Origin: Parcubacteria group bacterium | GTDB taxonomy: Bacteria; Patescibacteriota; Patescibacteriia; UBA1558; GWA2-36-10 | Direction of reading: 5' to 3' | Length of the DNA: 64,000 nt | NCBI GenBank assembly: GCA_003104935.1 | Contig: PQAE01000010.1 | Span: 13,768-77,767 of the forward strand | In this document: piece by piece, positions 30,270 to 39,445 of the stretch | How positions within the stretch are numbered: position 1 is the stretch's first letter | Layout of the letters: every line of letters begins with the position of its first letter | Notes under the pieces: model-generated | Told to the model about the DNA's origin: nothing | Seen by the model: the letters and a program-made list of their open reading frames with translations, nothing else | Database searches by the model: none | Made by a program: the position numbers and the translations under genes

Positions 30270-31457
30270 TTATTTAAGAATCTTGGTCACCGAACCGGCT
30301 CCGACAGTGCGTCCGCCTTCGCGGATAGCAAAACGGGACTGCTCTTCCAGAGCGACCGGGGCGATTAATTTGATGGTTAACTTGATAGTATCACCAGGCA
30401 TGACCATCTCCGTGCCCTCCGGCAAAATAACTTCGCCGGTAACATCGGTGGTGCGGATGTAAAACTGGGGTTTGTAGCCCTTGAAAAACGGGGTATGACG
30501 TCCGCCTTCCTCTTTACTCAAGATATAAACCTGAGCTTCGTATTCGGTATGTGGAGTAATACTGCCGGGCTTGGCCAAAACTTGGCCGCGCTCCACTTCA
30601 TCTTTCTTGGTGCCGCGTAGCAAAATACCAGCGTTATCACCGGCCATACCTTTGTCTAACTGTTTGTTAAACATTTCAATACCGGTAACCACGGTCTTAC
30701 TGGTCGGTCTCAGACCGACTAATTCCACGTCTTCGTTTAAGTTAATCACACCTCTTTCGATACGACCGGTCACGACCGTGCCGCGGCCTTCGATGGAGAA
30801 GATATCTTCGATTGGCATCAAAAACGGCTTGTCCGTGTCGCGCTTGGGTTCGGGAATATAGTCATCGATGGCTTTAACTAAATCTAAAATCGGTTGGGCG
30901 TCCGGTCCCTTGGGATCGGCCAAGGCCTTGAGGGCGGTGCCGCGGATAATGGGGATCTCGTCGCCGGGATATTCATATTTCTTTAACAAGTCGCGTATTT
31001 CCTCTTCCACCAGATTGACTAACTCCGGATCATCTACCTGATCCATCTTGTTTAAGAAAACAATAATATAGGGCACACCAACTTGGCGGGCTAACAATAT
31101 ATGTTCTCTGGTCTGGGGCATGGGGCCGTCAGCGGCGGAAACGACCAAAATCGCTCCGTCCATCTGGGCGGCACCGGTGATCATGTTTTTGACATAGTCA
31201 GCATGACCAGGACAGTCCACGTGAGCATAATGTCTCTTGTCGCTCTCATACTCAACATGAGCGGTGGCGATAGTAATACCGCGCTCGCGCTCTTCGGGAG
31301 CATTGTCAATCTGATCTACATCCTTGATCTGAGCTTTGTTGCCATGAGCGGCTAACACTTTTAGAATAGCGGCGGTCAAAGTAGTTTTACCGTGGTCAAC
31401 GTGACCGATAGTTCCTACGTTGATGTGCGGCTTTTCTCTGTTAAAAATTTCTGCCAT
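30270..31457 (-). CDS. tuf: elongation factor Tu
   Basis: 395 aa; [22 protein letters not shown]. Confidence 0.97.
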   Translation of the reverse strand: MAEIFNREKPHINVGTIGHVDHGKTTLTAAILKVLAAHGNKAQIKDVDQIDNAPEERERGITIATAHVEYESDKRHYAHVDCPGHADYVKNMITGAAQMDGAILVVSAADGPMPQTREHILLARQVGVPYIIVFLNKMDQVDDPELVNLVEEEIRDLLKKYEYPGDEIPIIRGTALKALADPKGPDAQPILDLVKAIDDYIPEPKRDTDKPFLMPIEDIFSIEGRGTVVTGRIERGVINLNEDVELVGLRPTSKTVVTGIEMFNKQLDKGMAGDNAGILLRGTKKDEVERGQVLAKPGSITPHTEYEAQVYILSKEEGGRHTPFFKGYKPQFYIRTTDVTGEVILPEGTEMVMPGDTIKLTIKLIAPVALEEQSRFAIREGGRTVGAGSVTKILK

Positions 31458-31576
31458 TTTTTTATTTAACTCCTATGATAGCACCCCTTCCGTGACCGCC
31501 TGAGCGGCAGTGGATGCGAGGATTTGTAATCCAGCTATCGATTATTTATGGATTAATTAATATTTAAAACACCAAG

Positions 31577-31605
31577 ATTATAGCAAACATCTTTATTTTT
31601 GGCAA
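31577..31605 (-). promoter_or_regulatory. promoter TTGCCA-N17-TATAAT for tuf
   Basis: Minus strand -35 at 31605-31600, -10 at 31582-31577; about 120-nt 5' UTR with SD GGAG before the tuf ATG. Confidence 0.55.
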
Positions 31606-31661
31606 GCCCTAAAGGCCAAGACTGAAACATTTTAATTTTTTATCTAATATTAGCTAAAAAA

Positions 31662-32045
31662 CTAATCTATTGGCTCCAGATAGTACTTTTCATCCACTGG
31701 CTCGTCCACCAGCTCCTCGGCTGGTTCGGAAAGAATACTAGGCGCCTCGGCACCGGTCACGGGTTCTTTTCTGACCTTATCGACCCGGAATTTGTCCAAA
31801 TCGTAGCCGGTCAAATCCGTGCCTTCGTCTTGAGAAGCCTTCCAAACCGCGATATCACGGTTGATTTTCTCCAACAATTGGTCCTCAGTCATATCTTTGA
31901 TCGGAGAAGACCTATGTAACAGGGCTTCATATTCCTTGACGCTCATGATCATATAGGGGTCATGAAATTCCGAAACTACTATAACCTTGTCCCCGGTACG
32001 ATGAGCTAGGTCTAGGACTTCATCGATTTTTTTGTAGTTTGCCAT
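31662..32045 (-). CDS. Phd/YefM-like antitoxin-fold protein with acidic C-terminal tail
   Basis: 127 aa. VIVVSEFHDPYMIMSVKEYEALL resembles Phd/YefM N-domain (PVIITRRGKPVAVLMSLEEYESL). No cognate toxin ORF adjacent. Confidence 0.35.
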   Translation of the reverse strand: MANYKKIDEVLDLAHRTGDKVIVVSEFHDPYMIMSVKEYEALLHRSSPIKDMTEDQLLEKINRDIAVWKASQDEGTDLTGYDLDKFRVDKVRKEPVTGAEAPSILSEPAEELVDEPVDEKYYLEPID

Positions 32046-32199
32046 ATTTTTTATCTGCCTATCGCTTATGGCTAATGGCTTATATAAATATAAAAATTTA
32101 CTATAAGCAATCGACTACAGGCCATAAGCCAATTAATAATTAGAGGTATTTTAAGCCAAAATATAGGCCTTGTCAATTAAAAACGTGCTGAACAAATAA

Positions 32200-32228
32200 T
32201 TGACAAGAGACTAAATATTTGATAAAAA
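32200..32228 (+). promoter_or_regulatory. promoter TTGACA-N17-TAAAAA with TG-extended -10, embedded in a 10-nt perfect inverted repeat (candidate operator)
   Basis: cttgtcaatt (32169-32178) and aattgacaag (32198-32207) flank/overlap the -35; downstream SD gagaggagg and ATG at 32262. Confidence 0.45.
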
Positions 32229-32261
32229 TAATCGTTTTATGTTCCATCTATGAGAGGAGGT

Positions 32262-32489
32262 ATGGTTGTGGCAAAATACCGCTATAGTGTCGAGGATTTT
32301 CTCGGCAATGTCCGCCACCGCACTCTGGAAGCGGACAGTGATGATGCTGCCCTACAGCAAATGAAACACAGGCAGGAGCAGGAAGTCAGGGGTATTTGGA
32401 GAAAACTGTTGTTCTTGGGATCTCCGAACATCGCTTACGACCTGGTCCGCATTGACCAGGAAGAAATCGTCACTCACCTCGTCCATTAA
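32262..32489 (+). CDS. hypothetical small protein (75 aa)
   Basis: Strong SD GAGAGGAGG 6 nt upstream of ATG at 32262 (ORF-track start 32250 lies inside the SD). Followed by intrinsic terminator. Confidence 0.35.
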   Translation: MVVAKYRYSVEDFLGNVRHRTLEADSDDAALQQMKHRQEQEVRGIWRKLLFLGSPNIAYDLVRIDQEEIVTHLVH

Positions 32490-32514
32490 ATCCCCTTCTC
32501 AGGGGAAAAACAAG

Positions 32515-32552
32515 ATGAGGAGTTCCCTGCGGAACTCCTTTTCTGTTTTTTT
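32515..32552 (+). terminator. intrinsic terminator
   Basis: gaggagttccctgcggaactcctt hairpin followed by ttctgttttttt. Confidence 0.65.
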
Positions 32553-32857
32553 ATTTATACTTACCCAATAAAATAAATAGAATTATCTATTAACATTGAC
32601 AAATATATAAATATATGCTATACTTATATATTCTAATAAAAAGCACCTAAAAAAGCTATAAAACGCAGATATGGAGGGGCAGAAAAGGCCATATTTTCTT
32701 GATTTTATTGGGTCCCTCTCGATTCACTCGAGGCAGGTCGCTCAATGTCTTCATGAAGGTGTGGCTGGACTATGCAACGGCTTTTAGCCGCTTTTAGTCC
32801 TCTCGCCTCCAGATCCGTGCTTTATAGAAAACGTCCTTCAAAACAAGGCAGAGAATC

Positions 32858-33097
32858 ATGATACTATGGATTATGGTTATTGCCCAATTAGTAGTCTGGG
32901 CTTGGTTCTCTTTGCGTGGCGGAAAGCTAAGCGACCGGAAATTTCTTATCTTTACCGCCGGAATGCTCCTGGGACAGCTGGGAGCCGGAATCGAGACTTA
33001 TCAGTCTCACGCCTGGAGAGCTTTTATAGTCCAAATCTACTTCTTTCTCTTCACCGCCATCGGAGGCCTGCAACGTTTCCGACAAATGAAGAATTGA
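32858..33097 (+). CDS. small 2-TM membrane protein (79 aa)
   Basis: Two hydrophobic helices; stop 1 nt before next ORF start (translationally coupled). Confidence 0.3.
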   Translation: MILWIMVIAQLVVWAWFSLRGGKLSDRKFLIFTAGMLLGQLGAGIETYQSHAWRAFIVQIYFFLFTAIGGLQRFRQMKN

Positions 33098-33098
33098 G

Positions 33099-33323
33099 GT
33101 GGCAACCATGACCACGATTATGTCCGAACGGATACTGCACAGCAGAAAGAGATTCCCAATAGTGGATTACTATTTGGGATATGACATCGTGGCCTGGAAG
33201 CAAGGAAGCTTGTACTATGCCAAGCCAGTGGGCTGGAAAGGCCCAATCCTTTCCGCTCCGACCAAACCTCTGCTCCGGAGAAGAATCCACGAGTGGTGGT
33301 TTGAAATCCAGCTACGTAATTAA
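33099..33323 (+). CDS. hypothetical small basic protein (74 aa), GTG start
   Basis: GTG at 33099 (alternative ATG at 33108) preceded by gaggtgg; downstream 10-bp hairpin ccctgaaatc/gatttcaggg. Confidence 0.3.
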   Translation: MATMTTIMSERILHSRKRFPIVDYYLGYDIVAWKQGSLYYAKPVGWKGPILSAPTKPLLRRRIHEWWFEIQLRN

Positions 33324-33439
33324 GTTCCCGCCAACATCTGCCCCCGTCACCCTGAAATCTAAAAGATTTCAGGGCCCGCCCCAGCATATTTTGCAAAAAA
33401 TATATTGAGGCGGGAAAATAAAAAATTCCCAGAATTCTC

Positions 33440-33475
33440 CGCTAATCAAAAATTCCACAGCCTCTGCTGTGGAAT
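33440..33475. terminator. bidirectional intrinsic terminator
   Basis: aaaaattccacagc-ctct-gctgtggaatttttgtt (A-run, hairpin, T-run). Confidence 0.55.
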
Positions 33476-33511
33476 TTTTGTTAAAACTATTGTGGATAAA
33501 CCCTAACTACT

Positions 33512-33540
33512 TGACAAATTAAAAATATGCTATAATATAC
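33512..33540 (+). promoter_or_regulatory. near-consensus promoter TTGACA-N17-TAATAT (alternative TATAAT with 14-nt spacer)
   Basis: TTGACA 33512-33517; TATAAT 33532-33537; TAATAT 33535-33540. Confidence 0.5.
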
Positions 33541-33612
33541 TAGTGATGATGTTTGTGAGGGTTTAGGCCCTCCCACGGTTAAAAGATATTCAAACCGTAG
33601 ACAAATATCATC
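33541..33612 (+). ncRNA. candidate small structured RNA: 72-nt three-way junction (14-bp closing stem, two internal hairpins), family unassigned
   Basis: gtgatgatgtttgt pairs with acaaatatcatcac (14 bp, one G-U). Internal hairpins gaggg-tttagg-ccctc and cggtt-aaaagatattca-aaccg. No ORF. Immediately downstream of the promoter. Confidence 0.35.
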
Positions 33613-33621
33613 ACAAAAAAA

Positions 33622-34107
33622 CTACTGATTTTCCAAGTCACCCTCGTAAAAAACATGTTTCACTCGACCCAATAAAGGGTCATTTTTTGTTTTCCAAAAA
33701 GGTATAACACTCCAGAAATATGGCACTCCGTTATTAACCTCCTTTATAATAACCTTGATTCTGACCTCATTAACAATGGCGACAAATCCATAATACCTAA
33801 CTATCACCATTTTTTTCTCCCATCGAGAATTAGTATTTTGTCTCTCTAAACTATTCTTTTGATTAAATTCCTGAACAGTGTGCGATCTTTCTATAACAGT
33901 TTTGGTTAGCTTCAAAAATTTTAATCTTAAATACTGATCGGAAAGTGACCTGGCCTTATTCCATTCTTTAAACTTAATATGGTCTAACCCCTTAGAATTA
34001 AAATTAACCTTTCTCCCTAGATAAGGGCAATGGACTTCTCTGATAGTGCCATAAAATTTTTCGGCCTCGTCCTTCACTCGATCTAATTTTTCCTGTAGTT
34101 TGTCCAT
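33622..34107 (-). CDS. hypothetical protein (161 aa), AT-rich codon usage
   Basis: Lys/Asn-rich; no recognisable motif; located in the inserted island. Confidence 0.35.
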   Translation of the reverse strand: MDKLQEKLDRVKDEAEKFYGTIREVHCPYLGRKVNFNSKGLDHIKFKEWNKARSLSDQYLRLKFLKLTKTVIERSHTVQEFNQKNSLERQNTNSRWEKKMVIVRYYGFVAIVNEVRIKVIIKEVNNGVPYFWSVIPFWKTKNDPLLGRVKHVFYEGDLENQ

Positions 34108-34157
34108 AAATGGTAGTGCGAGTGAATTTTAAGGTGCTAATGTGTTTTTGTCAATCA

Positions 34158-34190
34158 GTAAAAAAGCCTCACATCAACTGATATGAGGCT
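34158..34190 (-). terminator. intrinsic terminator after fusA
   Basis: Minus strand: agcctcatatcagttgatgtgaggct hairpin followed by ttttttac. Confidence 0.6.
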
Positions 34191-34209
34191 AACAATAAAC
34201 AGAATTAAT

Positions 34210-36306
34210 TTAATTTTTCTTTTTAATTTCTTCAGCGATATTAGTCGGCACCTGGGAATATTTCTGGAATTCCATGCTGTAGCTGGCTCGGCCCTGCGTC
34301 ATAGAGCGCAAGGTCGTGGCATAACCAAACATCTCGCCCAAAGGCACTTCGGCATCGATAACTTTGGCACCGGCCCGATCGGACATATTGTGTACCTGGC
34401 CACGCTTGGAGTTGAGATCGCCGATCACATCACCCATATATTGCTCGGGAGTGACTACCTCTACTTTCATCACCGGCTCCAAGATAATTGGCTTGGCGCG
34501 TTTGAACGCTTCTTTAAAAGCCATAGATCCGGCCACTTTAAAAGCCGCTTCTGAAGAATCCACTTCATGATAGGAACCGTCATAGACCACAGCTTTGACG
34601 TCTACCACCGGATAACCGGCGATGACGCCGTTGTCCATAGCTTCTTTGATACCCTTCTCTATAGCCGGGATATATTCGCGGGGGATCAGACCGCCCTTGA
34701 TCTCATCTTCAAATTCAAAACCCGCTCCCCGCTCCTGCGGTTCCAGACGAATCCAACAATGGCCGTATTGTCCGCGACCGCCGGATTGCTTGATATATTT
34801 TCCTTCGGCTTCGGCCACGGCCAAAATAGTTTCTTTGTAGGCGACTTGCGGAGCGCCGACATTGGCTTCGACTTGAAATTCGCGTTTCATACGATCCACG
34901 ATGATATCCAGGTGTAGTTCACCCATGCCGCCGATAATAGTCTGATTGGTTTCTTCATCGGTGCGTACGGTAAAGGTCGGGTCTTCTTCGGCCAATTTAG
35001 ACAAAGCCATACCCATTTTTTCCTGGTCAGCTTTGGTTTTAGGTTCTACGGCTACGTGAATAACCGGATCCGGGAAATCCATACTCTCTAAGACTACCGG
35101 GCGTTTTTCATCCGCTAAAGTATTGCCGGTAGTTGTATCTTTCAGACCGACCACGGCTACGATGTCGCCGGTAAATATCTCCTGCACTTCCTCCCGGGAA
35201 TTAGCATGCATCCGGAGGATGCGGCCGATGCGCTCTCTTTTTTCGCTATTACAATTTTCCACATAAGAGCCAGAACCCAAAGTGCCGGAATAGACCCGGA
35301 TAAAAGTCAGCCGGCCGACATAGGGGTCTGTAGCCACTTTAAAAGCCAGAGCTACAAAAGGATCTTTATCTTCTGCTTTCAATATTACTTTACTGTCTTC
35401 ATTGCGCGGCTCGTGGCCTTCTACTTCCGGCATGTCCAGCGGTGAAGGCAAATAGGCCGTGACTGCATCCAGCAAAAACTGTACTCCTTTATTTTTGAGT
35501 GCTGAACCGCAAAAAACCGGCACGATTTTTCCGCTGATCACGGCCTGACGCATAACTTGTTTCAAATCCACAATTTCCGGTTCTTGGCCGGCCAGATATT
35601 TTTCCATCAATGTTTCGTCGTGTTCCACGATAGCTTCGATCAGCTTGCCACGATATTCCTCTACTTTATCTTTTAAGTCCGCCGGTATTTCGCGCTTTTC
35701 GTATTTTTTGCCTTCTTCATCCAGATAATACCAGGCTTCTCTTTCCAATAAATTTATAATTCCGGTAAATGTTTCCGCCGCGCCAATAGGCAACTGCATA
35801 GGGTGGGCATTTTTTGTCAGCCGCTCATGAATAGTTCTCAGGTCAAAATAAAAATCTGCACCCATGCGATCCATCTTATTAACAAAGGCTAAGCGCGGTA
35901 CATTGTATTTATCGGCTTGGCGCCAGACAGTCTCGGACTGCGGTTCCACACCGGCTACACCGTCAAAAACCACTACGCCCCCGTCCAGCACACGCAAAGA
36001 GCGTTCTACTTCTACGGTAAAATCAACGTGCCCGGGAGTATCGATAATATTGATATTTGCCGTGCCACCCCCTAACCACTCCGGTATCGGCCAAAAGCAA
36101 GTAGTAGCCGCGGAGGTAATAGTGATACCGCGTTCCTTTTCCTGCTCCATCCAGTCCATCTCGGCCTGACCCTCATGCACTTCGCCGATCTTGTGCTTTT
36201 TCCCGGTATAAAAAAGAATACGCTCGCTGACCGTAGTCTTGCCGGCGTCGATATGGGCGATGATGCCGATATTTCTAGTTTTTTCTAGTGGTGTCTGTCG
36301 GGGCAT
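34210..36306 (-). CDS. fusA: elongation factor G
   Basis: 698 aa; [17 protein letters not shown], typical EF-G domains. Confidence 0.97.
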   Translation of the reverse strand: MPRQTPLEKTRNIGIIAHIDAGKTTVSERILFYTGKKHKIGEVHEGQAEMDWMEQEKERGITITSAATTCFWPIPEWLGGGTANINIIDTPGHVDFTVEVERSLRVLDGGVVVFDGVAGVEPQSETVWRQADKYNVPRLAFVNKMDRMGADFYFDLRTIHERLTKNAHPMQLPIGAAETFTGIINLLEREAWYYLDEEGKKYEKREIPADLKDKVEEYRGKLIEAIVEHDETLMEKYLAGQEPEIVDLKQVMRQAVISGKIVPVFCGSALKNKGVQFLLDAVTAYLPSPLDMPEVEGHEPRNEDSKVILKAEDKDPFVALAFKVATDPYVGRLTFIRVYSGTLGSGSYVENCNSEKRERIGRILRMHANSREEVQEIFTGDIVAVVGLKDTTTGNTLADEKRPVVLESMDFPDPVIHVAVEPKTKADQEKMGMALSKLAEEDPTFTVRTDEETNQTIIGGMGELHLDIIVDRMKREFQVEANVGAPQVAYKETILAVAEAEGKYIKQSGGRGQYGHCWIRLEPQERGAGFEFEDEIKGGLIPREYIPAIEKGIKEAMDNGVIAGYPVVDVKAVVYDGSYHEVDSSEAAFKVAGSMAFKEAFKRAKPIILEPVMKVEVVTPEQYMGDVIGDLNSKRGQVHNMSDRAGAKVIDAEVPLGEMFGYATTLRSMTQGRASYSMEFQKYSQVPTNIAEEIKKKN

Positions 36307-36375
36307 ACGTTAGTTTAAAGTTTAAAATTTCCGCCAGAGGCGGATCGCCCTTTGGGCGAAAAAGTGTAAAGTCTA

Positions 36376-36419
36376 ACCCCCTCTCCCTCCCCCTTGGTAA
36401 GGGGGAGAAGGTGGGGGTC
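36376..36419 (-). promoter_or_regulatory. GC-rich approximately 20-bp imperfect hairpin in the rpsG-fusA intercistronic spacer
   Basis: + strand acccc ctctccctcc cccttggtaa gggggagaag gtggggg; flanked by smaller hairpins cgccctttgggcg and ccgccagaggcgg. Confidence 0.35.
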
Positions 36420-36512
36420 TAAAATATCTAGATTATTTTTAAAAAATATTACTAATTATTTTTTAACATTAAAGTCAATGGCGCCGAGCCGCCAGCTATC
36501 AGCTATTGGCTG

Positions 36513-36977
36513 TTAAGCAAAATGTGCAAAAGCTTTGTTGGCTTCCGCCATCTTGTGCACGTCTTCTCTCTTTTTCATAGCTGTACCTTCACCTTTGGCC
36601 GCGGCCAGCAGCTCTTCGCCTAGTTTGACCCGGAGCGAAGCTCCTTTTCTGGACTTGGCCGCTTCCAAAATCCAACGATGGGCTAAGGCGATTTTTCTGT
36701 CGCCGGTCACTACTATCGGCACTTGATAGTTAGCGCCGCCGATGCGCTTTCCTTTGACTTCCAGATTAGGAGCGACATTGCGGATAGCGGTATCATAGAC
36801 CTCCAGCGGGTCCTGTTTGGATTTTTCCGAGATATATTCAAAAGCGCCGTAAACCAAACCCTGGGCTGTAGTCTTTTTACCGCGCTCCATGATGCGATTG
36901 ATAAACTTGGCGATATCCAGGCGGCTAAACTTGGGGTCCGGAGCAATTTTTCTCTTGGGTATGTTTTTTCCTCTCAT
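36513..36977 (-). CDS. rpsG: 30S ribosomal protein S7
   Basis: Core MRGKNIPKRKIAPDPKF...; start at internal Met (36977) avoids 38-nt overlap with rpsL; ORF-track start is 37019. Confidence 0.9.
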   Translation of the reverse strand: MRGKNIPKRKIAPDPKFSRLDIAKFINRIMERGKKTTAQGLVYGAFEYISEKSKQDPLEVYDTAIRNVAPNLEVKGKRIGGANYQVPIVVTGDRKIALAHRWILEAAKSRKGASLRVKLGEELLAAAKGEGTAMKKREDVHKMAEANKAFAHFA

Positions 36978-36981
36978 ATTT

Positions 36982-37416
36982 TTATGCTTTCTTAGTAGTA
37001 GCCTTTTCTCTCTTTGCACCGTATAAAGACCTACCCTGTTTGCGGGCGCTCACTCCCTGGGTGTCATAAACACCGCGGACGATATGATAACGTACGCCTG
37101 GCAGATCTTTGACCCTGCCGCCACGAATGAGTACGATGCTGTGCTCCTGCAGATTATGCCCCTCGCCCGGGATATATGCCGTGACTTCCATACCGTTGGA
37201 CAGGCGCACACGGGCGATTTTGCGCAAAGCCGAGTTTGGCTTTTTAGGAGTGGTGGTGGTCACTTTGACGCAGACGCCACGTTTAAACGGCGAACCCTTA
37301 GGCAGTTCGTGTTTATATCTTTTCAAACTATTTAAAATAGTTTTCATGGCCGGAGTTTTACCTTTGGCCTTGATACTTTTTCTCGGTCGTTTGAGCAACT
37401 GATTGGTCGTTGGCAT
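36982..37416 (-). CDS. rpsL: 30S ribosomal protein S12
   Basis: 144 aa; [13 protein letters not shown]...KPNSALRK. Confidence 0.95.
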   Translation of the reverse strand: MPTTNQLLKRPRKSIKAKGKTPAMKTILNSLKRYKHELPKGSPFKRGVCVKVTTTTPKKPNSALRKIARVRLSNGMEVTAYIPGEGHNLQEHSIVLIRGGRVKDLPGVRYHIVRGVYDTQGVSARKQGRSLYGAKREKATTKKA

Positions 37417-37605
37417 AATTTACGGTTTTTTATAAATATTATTTTAAAATAAAAGTGCTTTTCTTAGGGTTAACGGAGCACCGTTAATTAAGAAAAGTCG
37501 CTAGTAAAGTATCACAATTACCCGGACAAGTCAACCCTGCTATAGATTTTTGTCTCTGACTAGGCCAACCACATAAAACCAATCCTGCTTTATGTACCAG
37601 GTCTA

Positions 37606-37642
37606 GTAAAAAAAGACCCCCGCCATAGGCGACTGGCGGGGG
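37606..37642 (-). terminator. intrinsic terminator after the M50 protease gene
   Basis: Minus: cccccgccagtcgcctatggcggggg hairpin followed by tcttttttt. Confidence 0.65.
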
Positions 37643-37781
37643 TGCGTGCGATTTGATGCCTGAAAGGCTGTGAGGTCTCTCTCCCCACCGAGAGAACTCC
37701 GCCCTGCCTTAGGCCACCAAATCCACGAAACGAACTTATATTAAATATTATTATAGTACAAATTTTTATTCTGTCAACAAC

Positions 37782-38414
37782 CTAAGAAAGAAAACGACCG
37801 ACAATATTGATGAAAAAATCGATGATGGATCCAAAAACATCAAAACCGGTCAGGTCACCCAAGATAACCAGACCGATTAATATCCATAGGCCGTTGATAG
37901 TTAGTTTAGTTTTAAAATCATCCCAAGAAGCCGGCAAAAAAGAAAACAATACTTTGGAGCCGTCCAAAGGTGGAATTGGTATCAAATTAAAGACTCCCAA
38001 AACTAAGTTGACTAGGAGTAGTTGCCCTAAAAAGATCGTCAGTAAACTATCCGGCGACAGACCGGGTACAAAAATTTTTATGATCAGCACAAACAAAACC
38101 ACGCTAAGCAGATTAGAAATCGGTCCGGCCAGAGCCACGGCCGCTTCGCCATAACGGCGCCAGCGCATATTATAAGGATTGATCGGCACCGGCCGGCCCC
38201 AGCCAAAACCAGCCAGCAGTAGCATCAGCGTGCCCCATAAATCCAAATGTACCATGGGGTTAAGCGACAGCCGGCCGCTGTATTTAGCAGTATTATCGCC
38301 TAGAGCTGTGGCTGCCAGGGCATGGGAAAATTCGTGGATGGTCAAAGCAAATATGATGGCCAGCACAATGATTAAAAACATCTGGGGGCTGGAAAATAGT
38401 AATCCAAACAGCAT
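37782..38414 (-). CDS. site-2-protease-like zinc metalloprotease (peptidase M50 family)
   Basis: 210 aa, about 6 TM; HExxH TIHEFSHALAA; LIPIPPLDGSK. Confidence 0.65.
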   Translation of the reverse strand: MLFGLLFSSPQMFLIIVLAIIFALTIHEFSHALAATALGDNTAKYSGRLSLNPMVHLDLWGTLMLLLAGFGWGRPVPINPYNMRWRRYGEAAVALAGPISNLLSVVLFVLIIKIFVPGLSPDSLLTIFLGQLLLVNLVLGVFNLIPIPPLDGSKVLFSFLPASWDDFKTKLTINGLWILIGLVILGDLTGFDVFGSIIDFFINIVGRFLS

Positions 38415-38551
38415 AATTTATTTTCTTATTTATAATCTTTAACCGTTGGTCGCACAAGACCGCTATCGGGCTTTACAAAAGAAATGATTTGTGTTAATAT
38501 ATTACAACGTTAATACATTATAACGATAATAAAGCAAAAAAGCAAAATAAT

Positions 38552-38743
38552 ATGGCTAAAATATGTTCTATCTGCCACCGTAAGGCAGTTACCGGTCACA
38601 GCCGCAGTCACTCCAATATCGCTACCAAGCGCCTGATGTCCATCAATATCCAGAGCAAAAAAGTTGACGGCGTTAAAAAGCAGGTCTGTACTTCTTGTAT
38701 CCGCTCGATTAATAAAAAGGTCCGGCAAACTACAAAAGCTTAA
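38552..38743 (+). CDS. rpmB: 50S ribosomal protein L28
   Basis: 63 aa; MAKICSICHRKAVTGHSRSHSNIATKR... matches L28 (CxxC, RSHSNxxTKR). Confidence 0.8.
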   Translation: MAKICSICHRKAVTGHSRSHSNIATKRLMSINIQSKKVDGVKKQVCTSCIRSINKKVRQTTKA

Positions 38744-38864
38744 TTTTAAAATCAGCGCCGTCGCGCTATATACTTTTCATTGTCATTTCGGACTTGATCC
38801 GGAATCTCAGTTACTCTGGTATTGAGATTCCCGCCTGCGCGGGAATGACAAGATAATTGCGAAG

Positions 38865-38886
38865 CGCGGCGGCGCTATTTTTTTAT
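38865..38886 (+). terminator. intrinsic terminator at end of structured rpmB 3' region
   Basis: agcgc-ggcg-gcgct hairpin followed by attttttt; similar hairpin agcgc-cgtc-gcgct at 38752-38765. Confidence 0.5.
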
Positions 38887-38890
38887 TCAA

Positions 38891-38938
38891 AAACAAAAAG
38901 ACGTCTGGCAAGCCCTTCGGCTATTTAGACGCCTTTTT
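38891..38938. terminator. bidirectional intrinsic terminator
   Basis: A-run, gacgtctggcaagcccttcggctatttagacgcc hairpin, T-run. Confidence 0.55.
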
Positions 38939-39129
38939 GACGGTCGTCGTCCAACATATTTAATCGTTAATGATTAAAGAATCGACGAGACTCTGCACCC
39001 TGATTTAAAGCTTATATACCCCTGCAAAGCAGGTGGGTATCCGCAGACCAGCGGCCACAGCCGTGGTAAATATAGGATTCCCAAAATATATGGTTGTAGA
39101 GTCATATATCACTCAAAAGAGCAGGGTAC
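38939..39129 (-). ncRNA. candidate small RNA (about 240 nt incl. terminator), family unassigned
   Basis: Minus-strand promoter TTGCAA-N17-TATACT (39164-39136) upstream, terminator 38938-38891 downstream; no ORF; several internal hairpins. Confidence 0.35.
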
Positions 39130-39135
39130 TTTTAT

Positions 39136-39164
39136 AGTATAGCACTGTCAAAATCCAGTTGCAA
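39136..39164 (-). promoter_or_regulatory. promoter TTGCAA-N17-TATACT
   Basis: Minus -35 at 39164-39159, -10 at 39141-39136. Confidence 0.45.
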
Positions 39165-39407
39165 ATACTCCCAAAGTGCGGCCGGCCAACGCGGCTGGTC
39201 CACAGTCATTGCAAGCATGTGAGGGCGTGACAATCCGACGCGCAGTGTCGCCTCGAGCGAAGTCGAGAGGTTAATCGCTTTTTATTACTAATATATTAAA
39301 CCTTCGCTAAGACTCAGGATGATACTTCTCATCAGATTGCTTCGTCGCCTCTGGCTCCTCGCAATGACTATCAAATAAATCTGGCTAGTCGCTAATTTTT
39401 TTACCAT

Positions 39408-39445
39408 TGCAAAAGCCGCCCTGCACCGTCCGGTGCAGGGCGGCT
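39408..39445 (-). terminator. intrinsic terminator after ndk
   Basis: 14-bp hairpin agccgccctgcacc/ggtgcagggcggct followed by a T-rich tract on minus. Confidence 0.6.

Noticed and set aside
38510-38728. 72-aa minus-strand ORF
   Set aside because: Fully antisense to rpmB (L28), which has a clear conserved sequence; spurious.
39320-39345. CUGAUGAG sequence (hammerhead ribozyme core) on the minus strand
   Set aside because: The GAUGA is the 5' arm of a simple hairpin gatga-gaagta-tcatc; no GAAA/stem III/cleavage-site arrangement.
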